Assembly (NCBI RefSeq): GCF_006345805.1
Contig: NC_043000.1
Location: 140,058,001 to 140,122,000 of the forward strand
Length of the DNA: 64,000 nucleotides
From: Octopus sinensis
Taxonomy: Eukaryota
Reading direction: 5' to 3'
The notes under the pieces were generated by a model. The model searched no databases. It saw only the letters and a list, made by a program, of their open reading frames with translations, and had not been told where the DNA came from. Below are positions 53,035 through 64,000 of the stretch, piece after piece. Position numbers and translations under genes: made by a program. Position 1 is the first letter of the stretch. Each line of letters opens with the position of its first letter.

Positions 53035-54242
53035 GATCTATGTATGAAAGATTGAAAAGATTAGAACATTTCATCTAGTTGAGTATTTTTACTCTAAAAC
53101 AACTACAATACTAAATATATTAAGTTTCATGTTCACCTTGATTTTAATTATAAAGTTGACATTATACAACCAATCAAAAATTTAAAATGCAACTGATTAT
53201 AATAGAGCATCGTGTTTATTCAAACATTTGCAAATTTTTTATCTGCAAAGTAATCTTATTTTGAGATTCTCCACATTAGGGTTAGTCTTTCAGATGTAAG
53301 CATAGGTATATCAACATAACTGAAACAGTTTCAATCTATTTTGTGATTTTCTTAAGCCACAGCTAAACTATCTATTGTTTCAATCTGGATTAATCATACA
53401 GCATGAGGAAGTGAGATAGTTTAATGTTCATCATAAATGTAGAGTGACAGATGTTTCTTCTTTTCCAGATTTGAATTAGATGTGAGAGTGTTAGGGATTA
53501 GCCTCAAGCATTTCTATGCATTCTACTTGTGATTCCAATTTTGAATTGCATACATAACGATTCAGATACACCGTTGCAGACTTGGGAAATCAAATGGGGT
53601 GTTTTGATTCATAACAAGTATTTATAAAAATGAAACAAAGTTTTTGTAGGGTGTCTTACTGGTAGATGTATTCAATAATAATCATAGAGTCTGTAGACCA
53701 TTTAACAAAACTGTTTCCCATTATGAAAAGTTATTTTCAAGAGATAATTTTATATGATTCCAGATAATCCCATGATAAATTTCACTCTGGTGGAAATACT
53801 CCATGGTATTCAATTGGATTATATGGTTTATTACAAAATATTTCAACATGGTAGCTACAAAGAAGAAACTACATGAATACATGAATGATGGCATTCCCAA
53901 ATAGAAAAAAGCATTTTGTAATGACATTAATAGTTGTAGGTAAATGGAGGATCAGAAAATCCTAGTAATTTTATATTCAAATTATTACAAAAAAAGGAAG
54001 TGATATGAGGGAAATTAAATGATTGTTTGTTGAGATAACAACAATAATATTTGATTACATATAGTTGCATTTTTCATATTTTTCGAAATACCACTAAAAG
54101 TTTTAGAATAATGTTATAATAATTACACAGCTGTTGTGTGTGTGTGTTTCTAATTTTGTTCAGTACATCATAACTACATACGTTAGTTGATCGCATGATG
54201 ATAGTTCTGAACATTAGTTGCTTACATTATACACACACATAA

Positions 54243-54280
<38 letters not shown>

Positions 54281-54494
54281 TATATCCCACCCATGCTAGC
54301 ATGAAGAACGGACGTTAAACGATGATATGATGATGATGATGATGATGATATATATGTATGTATATTTACACATACATATATATATATATATTCACACACT
54401 CACACACATATAATATGTATATATGTACACACACACATATATATACATATACATACATTTATATATTTATATATATGTGTGTATATATATATAA

Positions 54495-54584
<90 letters not shown>

Positions 54585-54626
54585 ATAATATATATATATA
54601 CACACACATACATATAGATACATGCA

Positions 54627-54660
<34 letters not shown>

Positions 54661-57600
54661 CATGTATATGTATATATACATATATATATATAAACCTGAT
54701 AAGAATGGATACTACACTTCGATTTTAGCCAAGAAGTCAATAAATATGTATGCTTGTATGTAAATACAATAGGCTTCCAGACAGTTTCCATCAACCAAAT
54801 TCTACACACAAGACAATCAACTCAACGCTGTAGTAGAAGACATTTGTTCAAGTCACCATGCAATAGGGTTAAGCTTGAAACCATGTGGCTGCAAATTCAA
54901 CTTGTTAATCACACCAAACATATTTGCAACCATCACATAATGCAACTATGAACTGTGTTCTAATTGCTACCTCTAATTTTTTAATATTTCAACTTCCATC
55001 TAGGAATAAGTCATGTTCCCTTTAGCAGAACTGTCTTGGGAACTGAAAGTTTTAGGAAGCAATTATTGTAGGTTGATCTGACGCCTGCTCTAATTAGTAA
55101 ACTTATCATCAAGAAATTTCCAGTTGTAATTATTCCAGTTTACATAGTTCAAGGCTTATGATCCATAAATGTTCATTATCTAATGTAGACTTCCATTTTT
55201 TTTGTAGAAATTATGGAAATGTTTTAGGAGGATTTGGTTAAAGCACCATATAAAGAATCTCATGTTTTTGATTTTAAATTAAAAAATAAAATGTGTGAAT
55301 AAAGAGAAAGAAAGAGAGAGAGAAAGAGAGAGAGATAGGCAGACAGACAGAAAGAGACAGAGAACAATTACAAATGATAAACTTCCAGTGAGCTGAGTTT
55401 GTAGGCCTCTTCCTCTGTTTGGCTATATATACTTTCCTGTCAGTAAATTCAGATTGCTCTTGGAAAAAGCATAAACATTATAATATTTTTTCTGTCCTCT
55501 CCTCCCATAATAGTATTATTTGTTTTAAGCAATTAACACAAGTTTTAAAATTCTATGAATTAGATGAAGCATTGATTCATTCATTCATACTCCTAGAACA
55601 CATGTAACATCAGAATTTATAAACCTGGCCAACTCATGCAAAGATAAGAAAAACAAAAATAATAGCCATAAAATGGATGTAAATGAAAATACTAAGCCAA
55701 AATAAAAAGGAGATAAAGAAAAGTCTCTTTGAGCAAATTGGTATTTTATAATTCTGATAAAAGAATGATTTATTTTGAAGTTATCATTTCTAAATCTTAT
55801 TCCTATTTCTTTTCTTTGAAAGATATAGCAAGATAAAAACAAAAATAGCTTCTATTCTAACAAAATTGAAATGGCTTCTTTTATGAAGAAAAATCTTGTG
55901 CTTTAGGCAAATGTAACATTTGTTTTGATATGGGTTTTAATACTAATAGTGTTTATAAATATATTTTGAAAACCAAATTAGTTGTTAGTTCTAGGAGAAA
56001 TTTTATGTAGTTTTGTAAAATTTTGAATTTGATAGAGGAGAAGAGGAATTAAACTGATACAAGAATAATAACAAGAACAAAATAAAATATAATAAAATGA
56101 GATTGAAATATAAAAATATATGAATAAATGAATAAATAAATAAATAAATAAATAAGAACATTTTTGAAAATTATTGATTTAAAATCTGGTTAGATATTAT
56201 GGAATCAAATGATGACTATATTAGCTATCTTTCAATTCATTTCTTTTTCTTTATTTAATTTTATGTTATTTGTTAATATGTAAATAATTTTTGGATGCAG
56301 TTGAGTAAATTAAATCCCATAATTGTTATTTATGTTCTGCTTGTTAGTTCATTAACAATTTATTTTAATTAATTTTTCAAAAATTTCATCTGTTAATTTT
56401 ACCTTGCTCTTTTGCTCTGGAGTTTTACTTGTTTAAATCATTAAAGGTACATACATGCCTATGTGCATGCACATGGGCATATGCACAGAATTTTGCTTTA
56501 CTACTGAAAAATAAGAAACAGATTTTCCACTTCTTATACTCAGCTAGGATAATTAAGATACCTTGAATTAACTTTTCTGATTGAATTCAATAGTTTCTTA
56601 ACATAGTTAATTTTAGTCCAAGTGCTTACATATTCAATATGTTTATAACTACACATGAAAAAAATAAACAAGTTCATGTGTATTGAACATGTTTACATAA
56701 TAGTTAAATAAAACATAAGACTTACTACATAAAAATTGAAATAAAATTTGTAAATAGAAAATTGTAATATAGATTTCATTCAAATTCTAAGCAACATTTG
56801 CTCACACCTTTGTTACGCAAGTGAAAACTTTACAGTTTAGAATAGGTACACCAATTTCTTTGTATGTTATATAGATCACTAAATAGTCTGATGACAGGAA
56901 GACTATCAAAACTGCCTAAGCAAACCTGAAGTTGATTAAACAATATACATCACATTAGAATGTCAGATATAATGCTTTGTGGTATTTGTTCAAGTTCAAA
57001 TCAAATCAAAGTCACCTTTGCCTTTCATATCACCTAGGGGTGTCAATAAATGAACTATCTGTCAATCTCAGGGACACCTTCTTCTCTCTCCCACTTTATA
57101 TCTCTTATTTCTTTTCTATAGTCTTGCAGAATTTGCTATGCTATATGTGAGTGTCATGAGAGATACCTCAAAATGTCTACAATGTCAGAAAGAACAGGGG
57201 ATCATTCTGACAGAACTAAGATATCCCAAGGGAGCTAGCAAAAATTCCCATATTCCAAGAATTGTGGATTTCAGAAAACACCTCACAGTAACTTAACAAA
57301 TGCCTTCGTGTAAGCAAATACATACTTGTGATACTCTGAGAATTATTTTGAGTCTAAATTCAAAAATTAATGAAAACATATTCTCAGTTATTTTAAATTT
57401 ATTTATAATTATCACTACACTTTTACTATAACCAAGCCATGCTGTTGTCTCATTCAGAAAATGTAACTTATAGACATTCTTTCATACACAGAATGTGATG
57501 ATACTTTGATTAAAATACAACTAGTAAATTATACACTATGCACCATGATATATATAACTTAACCTAATATTTGTATTTAAACATTCTTCTGATCTAGACA

Positions 57601-58230
57601 CAGTAATGATTTCAATGAATTGTAGTAGAGATGTGCCAGTGATCCAGTCACAGAAGTAAAACAAAAATTTTGACACCTCAGAAACATATAAAATGTGAAT
57701 GTAACAGTTTTTGTACTTTTAGATTACTGAAATGTCTCTTCCACAGTGTAAATTGCTTCTGTTCTGACATGCCATTTCAAATCAAAGTACGATTCCAAAA
57801 TATTGCATTGACTTATTGTAAAAGCACTTTGCTGCTACGATGTAATATGATCTAGGTTATCCTCTATAAAACAGTAGCAACAGCAGAACTGTAAAATAGT
57901 TTCATTACTTTGCTTGTCTGAGTTCAAAATCGATGGTGGAAAAATTTATCTACAACAATGTGGTCTCTGATCCAAGAGAAAAATCGTCTCTAACACACAT
58001 AATAACCTGGTGTGCTGATATGGTCATGTGGTTTATAAGGCTGCTTTATGGTCACGGAGTACTGGTTTTATTCCTATAGTACATCAGCATGGACAAGTCT
58101 TTTCACCCAGAGTCAGGGAATCTTGGAATCTTCGAGTTAGTAGCGCATGCTCTTAACCACTTCACCATATGCCTGTGGGCATCTATATATATATAAGTAT
58201 CATCATCTATATATATATATATTATATATA

Positions 58231-58275
<45 letters not shown>

Positions 58276-58388
58276 TATAATATATATTTTGATTATATAT
58301 ATTATACATACATACATTCATGTGGATATATATACATATGTATATACGTAAGTATATATACATACATACATACATACACATACATACA

Positions 58389-58424
<36 letters not shown>

Positions 58425-58426
58425 TA

Positions 58427-58882
58427 TCAGGTCATTATGAATGAAATGTTCGATTTTCTTATGCACCAAGTTTGACAGTTGTTAACTCTAATGTTTTATC
58501 CTGACGATTCTCTGTATCACAACGTTGAAGAGTTACATCATCACTTTTCAAAATGCAATTCATGGTGTCTGATTATATTCTGAGTTTTCTCTTGTGAATC
58601 AATTTTTGTGAACCCATGGATAGATAAAACATTCATGTTGTTTATGAATATGAGTTCTATTACTCTTTTACTCTTTTACTTGTTTCAGTCATTTGACTGC
58701 GGCCATGCTGGAGCACCGCCTTTAATCGAGCAACTCGACCCCGGGACTTATTCTTTTGTAAGCCCAGTACTTATTCTATCGGTCTCTTTTCCTGAACCGC
58801 TAAGTAACGGGGACATAAACACACCAGCATCGGTTGTCAAGCAATGCTAGGAGGACAAACACAGACACACAAACACAAACAC

Positions 58883-58919
<37 letters not shown>

Positions 58920-59480
58920 CGACAGGCTTCTTTCAGTTTCCGTCTACCAAATCCACTCACAAGGCATTGGTCGGCCCGAGGCTATAGTAGAAGACACTTG
59001 CCCAAGGTGTCACGCAGTGGGACTGAACCTGGAACCGTGTGACTGGTAAACAAGCTACTTACCACACAGCCACTCCTGCGCCGCTCCATTGTGGAAACAA
59101 TGCATCTCAGACAACTTGAAACATCAATGAGGTGTTTGTTGAAAATGTGGTGAATGAGTGCACTGTATGGTGATGGCTTGAGAAGATCCAGTTTGGTGAC
59201 TTTACTCTTAAAAATCAGACCTGAGATCGAGGTGGATAATGATGAGCTGGAAACAGTAGAGGAAGCAGATACATCTCAAACTATGCATGAGTTTGCAGCA
59301 AGGTTTGATGTTTCGATTCCAACTGTATTGGACCATCTGAAACAAATTGGCAAGGTAAAGAAGCTGGGCAAATGGGTACCACATGAACTGAACGAACACC
59401 AAATAACAAGTTTCAACTTGCTGTTATTTGCTGTCATGGCATAAAAGTGAACCATTTTTGCAACGTATTGTTATGTGTGA
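58427..59480 (+). mobile_element. Second mariner relic, 3'-truncated and interrupted by SINE B
   Basis: ORF start MDR*NIHVVYEYEF at 58617; resumes after the SINE with HCGNNASQ, KKLGKWVPHEL and RIVMCDGKW. Confidence 0.8.
58661..59082 (-). mobile_element. SINE family B
   Basis: Reverse complement of family B. Confidence 0.9.
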
Positions 59481-59545
59481 TGGAAAATGGATTCATGTCG
59501 CAGACAGTCATTGCACAATTTTTCAGGAAAGGATTTAGCCTAATA

Positions 59546-59860
59546 GAGTTGTATATTTAAGAGATGAGGAATTATGTACATAATTTACATTATTTACATT
59601 TGACAGGCATATAGCGTAGTGGTTAAGAGGGCGCACTACTAACCCCAAGATTCCAAGTTCGATTCCAGGCAGTGATCTGAACAATAATAATAATAATAAT
59701 AATGATAATAGCATCGAAAAATACCTTGGGGATGAGAACCCTGATTCGAAATTTCCCCAAGACACCTGATGAAGGCTGGAGGGTATATCAGCCGAAACGT
59801 TATGTTAACAACAAACAATATGACAAACATCCATCAAATGTAAATGCTGTAAATAAGGAA
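59546..59860 (+). mobile_element. Small element with tRNA-derived head, (AAT)n, hammerhead motif and inverted terminal segment
   Basis: A box TAGCGTAGTGG at 59612-59622; B box GTTCGATTCC at 59657-59666; hammerhead at 59761-59806; 59583-59603 is inverted relative to 59834-59854 (19/21). Confidence 0.7.
59761..59806 (+). ncRNA. Minimal type I hammerhead-like motif
   Basis: Stem I GACAC/ATGTT (one mismatch); CTGATGA plus an extra A; stem II GGCTG/CAGCC; GAA; palindromic stem III ACGT; GUU triplet. Confidence 0.65.
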
Positions 59861-59903
59861 TTAACCTATATCAGATACATTTTGGCTTTATGTCCACAAG
59901 ACA

Positions 59904-60293
59904 TGTGTGGTAAGTAGCTTGCTAACCAACCACATGGTTCCAGGTTCAGTCCCACTGCATGGCATCTTGGGCAAGTGTCTTCTGCTATAGCCCCGGGCCG
60001 ACCAATGCCTTGTGAGTGGATTTGGTAGACAGAAACTGAAAGAAGCCTGTCGTATATATGTATATATATATGTGTGTATGTGTTTGTGTGTCTGTGTTTG
60101 TCCCCATAGCATTGTTTGACAACCGATGCTGGTGTGTTTACGTCCCCGTCACTTAGCGGTTCGGCAAAAGAGACCGATAGAATAAGTACTGGGCTTACAG
60201 AGAATAAGTCCCAGGGTCGATTTGCTTGATTAAAGGCGGTTCACCAGCATGGCCGCAGTCAAATGACTGAAACAAGTAAAGGAGTAAAAGAGT
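59904..60293 (+). mobile_element. SINE family B, slightly 5'-truncated
   Basis: Collinear with the other family B copies. Confidence 0.9.
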
Positions 60294-60589
60294 AAGACGT
60301 AACCACAGAGGTAATTTTTCTAGTGAGGCAATTGGAAAATAAATTCTTCACTTAAAGTTTCATTCATTGACTTGCGGAAACCTCTGACATGGTGCCACTG
60401 AATGATCTGGTGGTAAATAATGAGACTAGGTGTGGATGAATGGTTCATGAGGGTAGAAGAAACTATGATTGTTGGTACAAGTAGCAAAGTTACAGCCAGT
60501 GATTAATTAAGCAATGAATTTAGCATGTAGGTAGGAGTCAAAAGATAAGTACTTGGCCTCTCTTATTCATCAGAGTTCTGTAGGCCACC

Positions 60590-61030
60590 ACAAAGGTCAG
60601 CTGTCCTTGAAGACTCTTATAACCTAGCTAATCTATAGTAGAATTAGAGAAGAAATTCCAGATGTGAAAACAAAATCTAGAATTTTGAAAATATCAAAGT
60701 AAGCTTAGCTAAGGCTAAAATATTAGTAAGAAAAAGAAATATAGGATCCTGGAGCCAGACGAAAATTTACCTTGCTCAATAAGCAGAAAAGAAATTGGTA
60801 GAAATTCCAGTGTAAACCATAGATGCACAACTGATTTAGTGGAATCACAAACAGGCTAAAAGAAAAAGCAGACTTTGTATATGATAGATGCACTGTGGTA
60901 ATAAGCACTAAAATCATGCCACGTATAGATTCTCTTAAACACCTAGCCAAAGTAAATGATTGCTTTCAATACTAAGGTGACATAATTAGCAATAGATGTG
61001 GTTGTTTCAAAAGTATAGAAGAGAGGGTTG
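60590..61030 (+). mobile_element. Decayed RTE LINE RT fragment related to 20386-21755
   Basis: ELEKKFQM*KQNLE, KVSLAKAKILV, LPCSISRKEIGRNS and SGITNRLKEKADFVYDRC. Confidence 0.7.
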
Positions 61031-61606
61031 TCAGTCAATGTTTTGCTTATTGTTAATGTTATTGCTGCTGCTGTTATTGTCTTTGCTGCTGCAACAGTAA
61101 ATACTTTATTACCTGATTACATCAGACCACCTGTAAGAATCATTTAACCATTTGAGAAAATCCAGGCCAAATACGGAGGCCATTTGTTCGTCCCTTAAGC
61201 CACTAGAAATAGCAGTCAAATCTACTTCAAATAATCACCTGTCATCTTAAATAAGGAAGGACACATCTGCTAAAGTAATGCAAGATATGTTAATGTCTTT
61301 GATCATAGGTTTGCTCAGTCTGATTAACAAGGGATTAAACGTTAGACCTAATAGCCAATTATTTGCTTAAATCCCAAAATTTCATACCAGTCAAGAGTAA
61401 GTGCTGTCGATACTTTCAACGGTAGGGAATCAATGAAAGAAGGATTTACAGTATTTAGTTCCAGTGCATTAGTGTTTAAAAACCATTCTAGAAACCTACA
61501 AAAGGAAACATGAAGCATTGTATGAAGTTATATACCTGGATATAACAAAGCAAAAAAAATGTTTCTCATTGAACAGTCTTAAAGTCAGTGTTACACTAGT
61601 AAAAGA

Positions 61607-61705
<99 letters not shown>

Positions 61706-61758
61706 AATAATAATAATAATAATAACAACAACAATAATAATAATAATGATAATGATAA
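61607..61758. repeat. Compound (AAT)n/(GAT)n microsatellite
   Basis: Direct reading. Confidence 0.95.
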
Positions 61759-62060
61759 TGCTTCCTCTTTTAAAGGTAGGAGAGAGTATAGAATGTCTTT
61801 CTTCATGTGAATCTGATGAGAATCAGATATCACTTGAATAATCCATTTTAACTAATATTTTTAGATGACCTGATATCTTTTCATGACAGCTATTTAAACC
61901 ATGATATATATATAGAATCAAATGTGCAACAAAAACTCCTACTGAAGATGTGTGCTGTGAAGCCCTGAGATATATATATATATATATATATAATCAGCAA
62001 TTTATTTACTGCCAGATAGTTCTACATTTGCACGGTGGATTTGAAAAATTATAACATATA

Positions 62061-62115
62061 GATACGTGGCATGTTACTTATCGCTTCGCATCCATATGTT
62101 CGATCCCTGGCATCC
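62061..62115 (+). other. Degenerate tRNA-Ala-like head (not a functional tRNA gene)
   Basis: GCTTCGCAT (62083-62091) and GTTCGATCCCTGGCATCC (62098-62115) match the anticodon arm and T-arm/acceptor of eukaryotic tRNA-Ala(CGC). The A box is degenerate and the variable region is shortened. Confidence 0.55.
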
Positions 62116-62199
62116 TACTGACGAAGCAGCACCAGATATAAATTGGAATTATTTTATTTTAATTTATATAAGATTGCAGAAACTATGCATAGTCTAGGA
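62113..62199 (+). ncRNA. Type I hammerhead ribozyme with long stem II
   Basis: Stem I TCCTA/TAGGA; core CTGACGA; stem II closes GCA/TGC with internal 9-bp ATATAAATT/AATTTATAT; GAA; perfect palindromic stem III ACTATGCATAGT; GUC cleavage site at 62194. Confidence 0.8.
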
Positions 62200-64000
62200 A
62201 AAATAGGGTAAATGTTTTTATTTTTCATTCCCTTTCAGAATTGCAACTATTAGTGGCTTGGAGTTTTAACTGCTCTTTCTAGTGAGTCAAATATCCTATT
62301 TTTCGGTTATCTCTTATGTGTTTGAGTGTGCATTGTATTCTTCTATGAATAATTAGTTTAATTAGTCTATTGACTAAATTTTTCCTTCTCACTAGACCAA
62401 TGGTAGCAAAGAATTTTTCTATAAATATTTTTGCTACCCTAAGATTTTTTAACGTTATATATATATATATATATATATCAGATTAGCTGGCTTATGGTGA
62501 ATCCATTTTAGCAACTGAAACCCAAACCCTTGGGTCAAAGGCTGACTACAGCCATGCTATAAGATGCCCAATCATCTGTATTATTTCTACATTTTTCAGT
62601 GTGGGTTTGTTGTGGAAAAATCTAGAATTTAAAATGTGTAGCTCTCATTTACATGAAAGATATGTTGGCTACATTGAACATATCATGAAATTTGATATTA
62701 ATTTTGTTCTAGTTGGAGCTGTTGTTACTGTCATTTGTTGTTTTTGTTGTTGTTCATCTAAAGCCAATATAATAATTAGTTTGCTTATCTGTACATATTT
62801 AATATTTCATATATGGGATTATTTCTTGAATGTTTTTTTTGTTCTGATGTGCTACATATAATAATTCAACAATTAAATTATACCTATTACTGAAGCAACA
62901 GTGATATAGATTGAAATCAGAAAGATAGACAGAAGGGTGAAAAACATCTCTAAAGAAATAAAGAGTAGAGGAAAAGATGAAGGTAAAAGAGAATGAGATT
63001 GAGTGAATATTTTGTCTGTAAATTTTGTTCTATGCTCAATTCAATTTTCTCATCATACTTGAACTACTCTTTCTCTCTCTCTCTCTCTCTTTCTGTCATC
63101 ATCATTTTCTTCCTCTGACTTTACTCTTTCCCTCCTTCTTTAATAGAATTTTCAAAGGCCACAGATTATCATGGAGTTAATTCACAGAGAAAAATATATT
63201 GGAAAAGAAACCTCTTAAAACTTCAAGAATTATTAATCCAACTTATATTCTGCAAAGCCATAGAAAAATAGTTGTGCAGTTAAGAAGTTTGCTTCTCAAC
63301 CACATGACTCGAAATTTAATCTCAGTGCACAGCATCATGGGAAAAGTGTTCTTTACTATGATAGCTTGACCAATACCCTTAGAGTAGGATATGAAAGAAG
63401 GTGGCTAAGCAAAATATGTTTTATATGTGGTATATACATATGTATTTATGTGTATATCTTTATGTCTGTCTGTGTTTGACACACAGACACAAACACACAA
63501 ACAAGCAAACAGACAGACACGCACAGAAATACACAAACATACAAACAACAAAAAAACTATCTGTATTGTTATATAGTGAAAGCTTTTTGTCTTTTTTTTT
63601 GGAAGTCGTATTATATTGCATTGTCTCTACATTGAAAGACACACAGACACTCAGAGAAACACACACGTATGCAAATAACCAAAACAATAACTATCTATAA
63701 TGATATATAATGAAAGTAATTTTTGTAAGGTATGATGCGTTGTGTCGACAGACTTGCACTTAAAATTCTCGTGTTTTTAATCAAAACTTGTTAGTTACTA
63801 CGGTGACAACACTACGTACCTATTTATCCATCTATTACACACACACCCACACACACATAAATACACACACACTCACTCACTGTATTTCTCCCTCAACAAC
63901 ATCTTTTCTCCTCCCTTTATTCTAAATAAACGTTGTGACGTACTTTTATTCGTCTTCTTTTCCCCCTCCTTTAATAGATGTTGTAGCGGACAGACAGAGG

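Noticed and set aside
55585-55842. Hydrophobic 85-aa ORF as a membrane-protein exon
   Set aside because: Composition is explained by T-rich sequence; no homology or splice support.
56899-56935. CTGATGA..CAAAAC hammerhead-like motif
   Set aside because: GAAA is absent and there is no stem I pairing.
61936-61970. TCCTACTGAAGA resembling the start of the 62113 hammerhead
   Set aside because: No stem II, GAAA or 3' arm follows.

Overview
AT-rich, microsatellite-dense eukaryotic genomic DNA made mostly of transposable elements. The SINE families resemble those of coleoid cephalopods (Octopus-like); this is my recognition, not a database result. No host protein-coding exon, rRNA, real tRNA gene or CRISPR array can be supported. 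The only long intact ORF (35697-38123, 808 aa) is a 5'-truncated R4/Dong-clade RT plus restriction-like endonuclease (RLE) retrotransposon. It is inserted in a (TAA)n tract that splits a decayed Penelope-like element (PLE). Also present are about 20 tRNA-derived SINEs of five families (many with target-site duplications) and relics of mariner, pogo, hAT/Buster, Helitron, RTE, HERO-like, a second R4-like and CR1-group elements. The most notable signal is a set of sequence-unrelated minimal type I hammerhead ribozyme motifs with palindromic stem III. One lies in a perfect 216-bp inverted repeat upstream of the PLE. Two others (59.6-59.8 kb and 62.06-62.20 kb) lie downstream of different tRNA-derived heads, which suggests Pol III-driven self-cleaving small retroelements.
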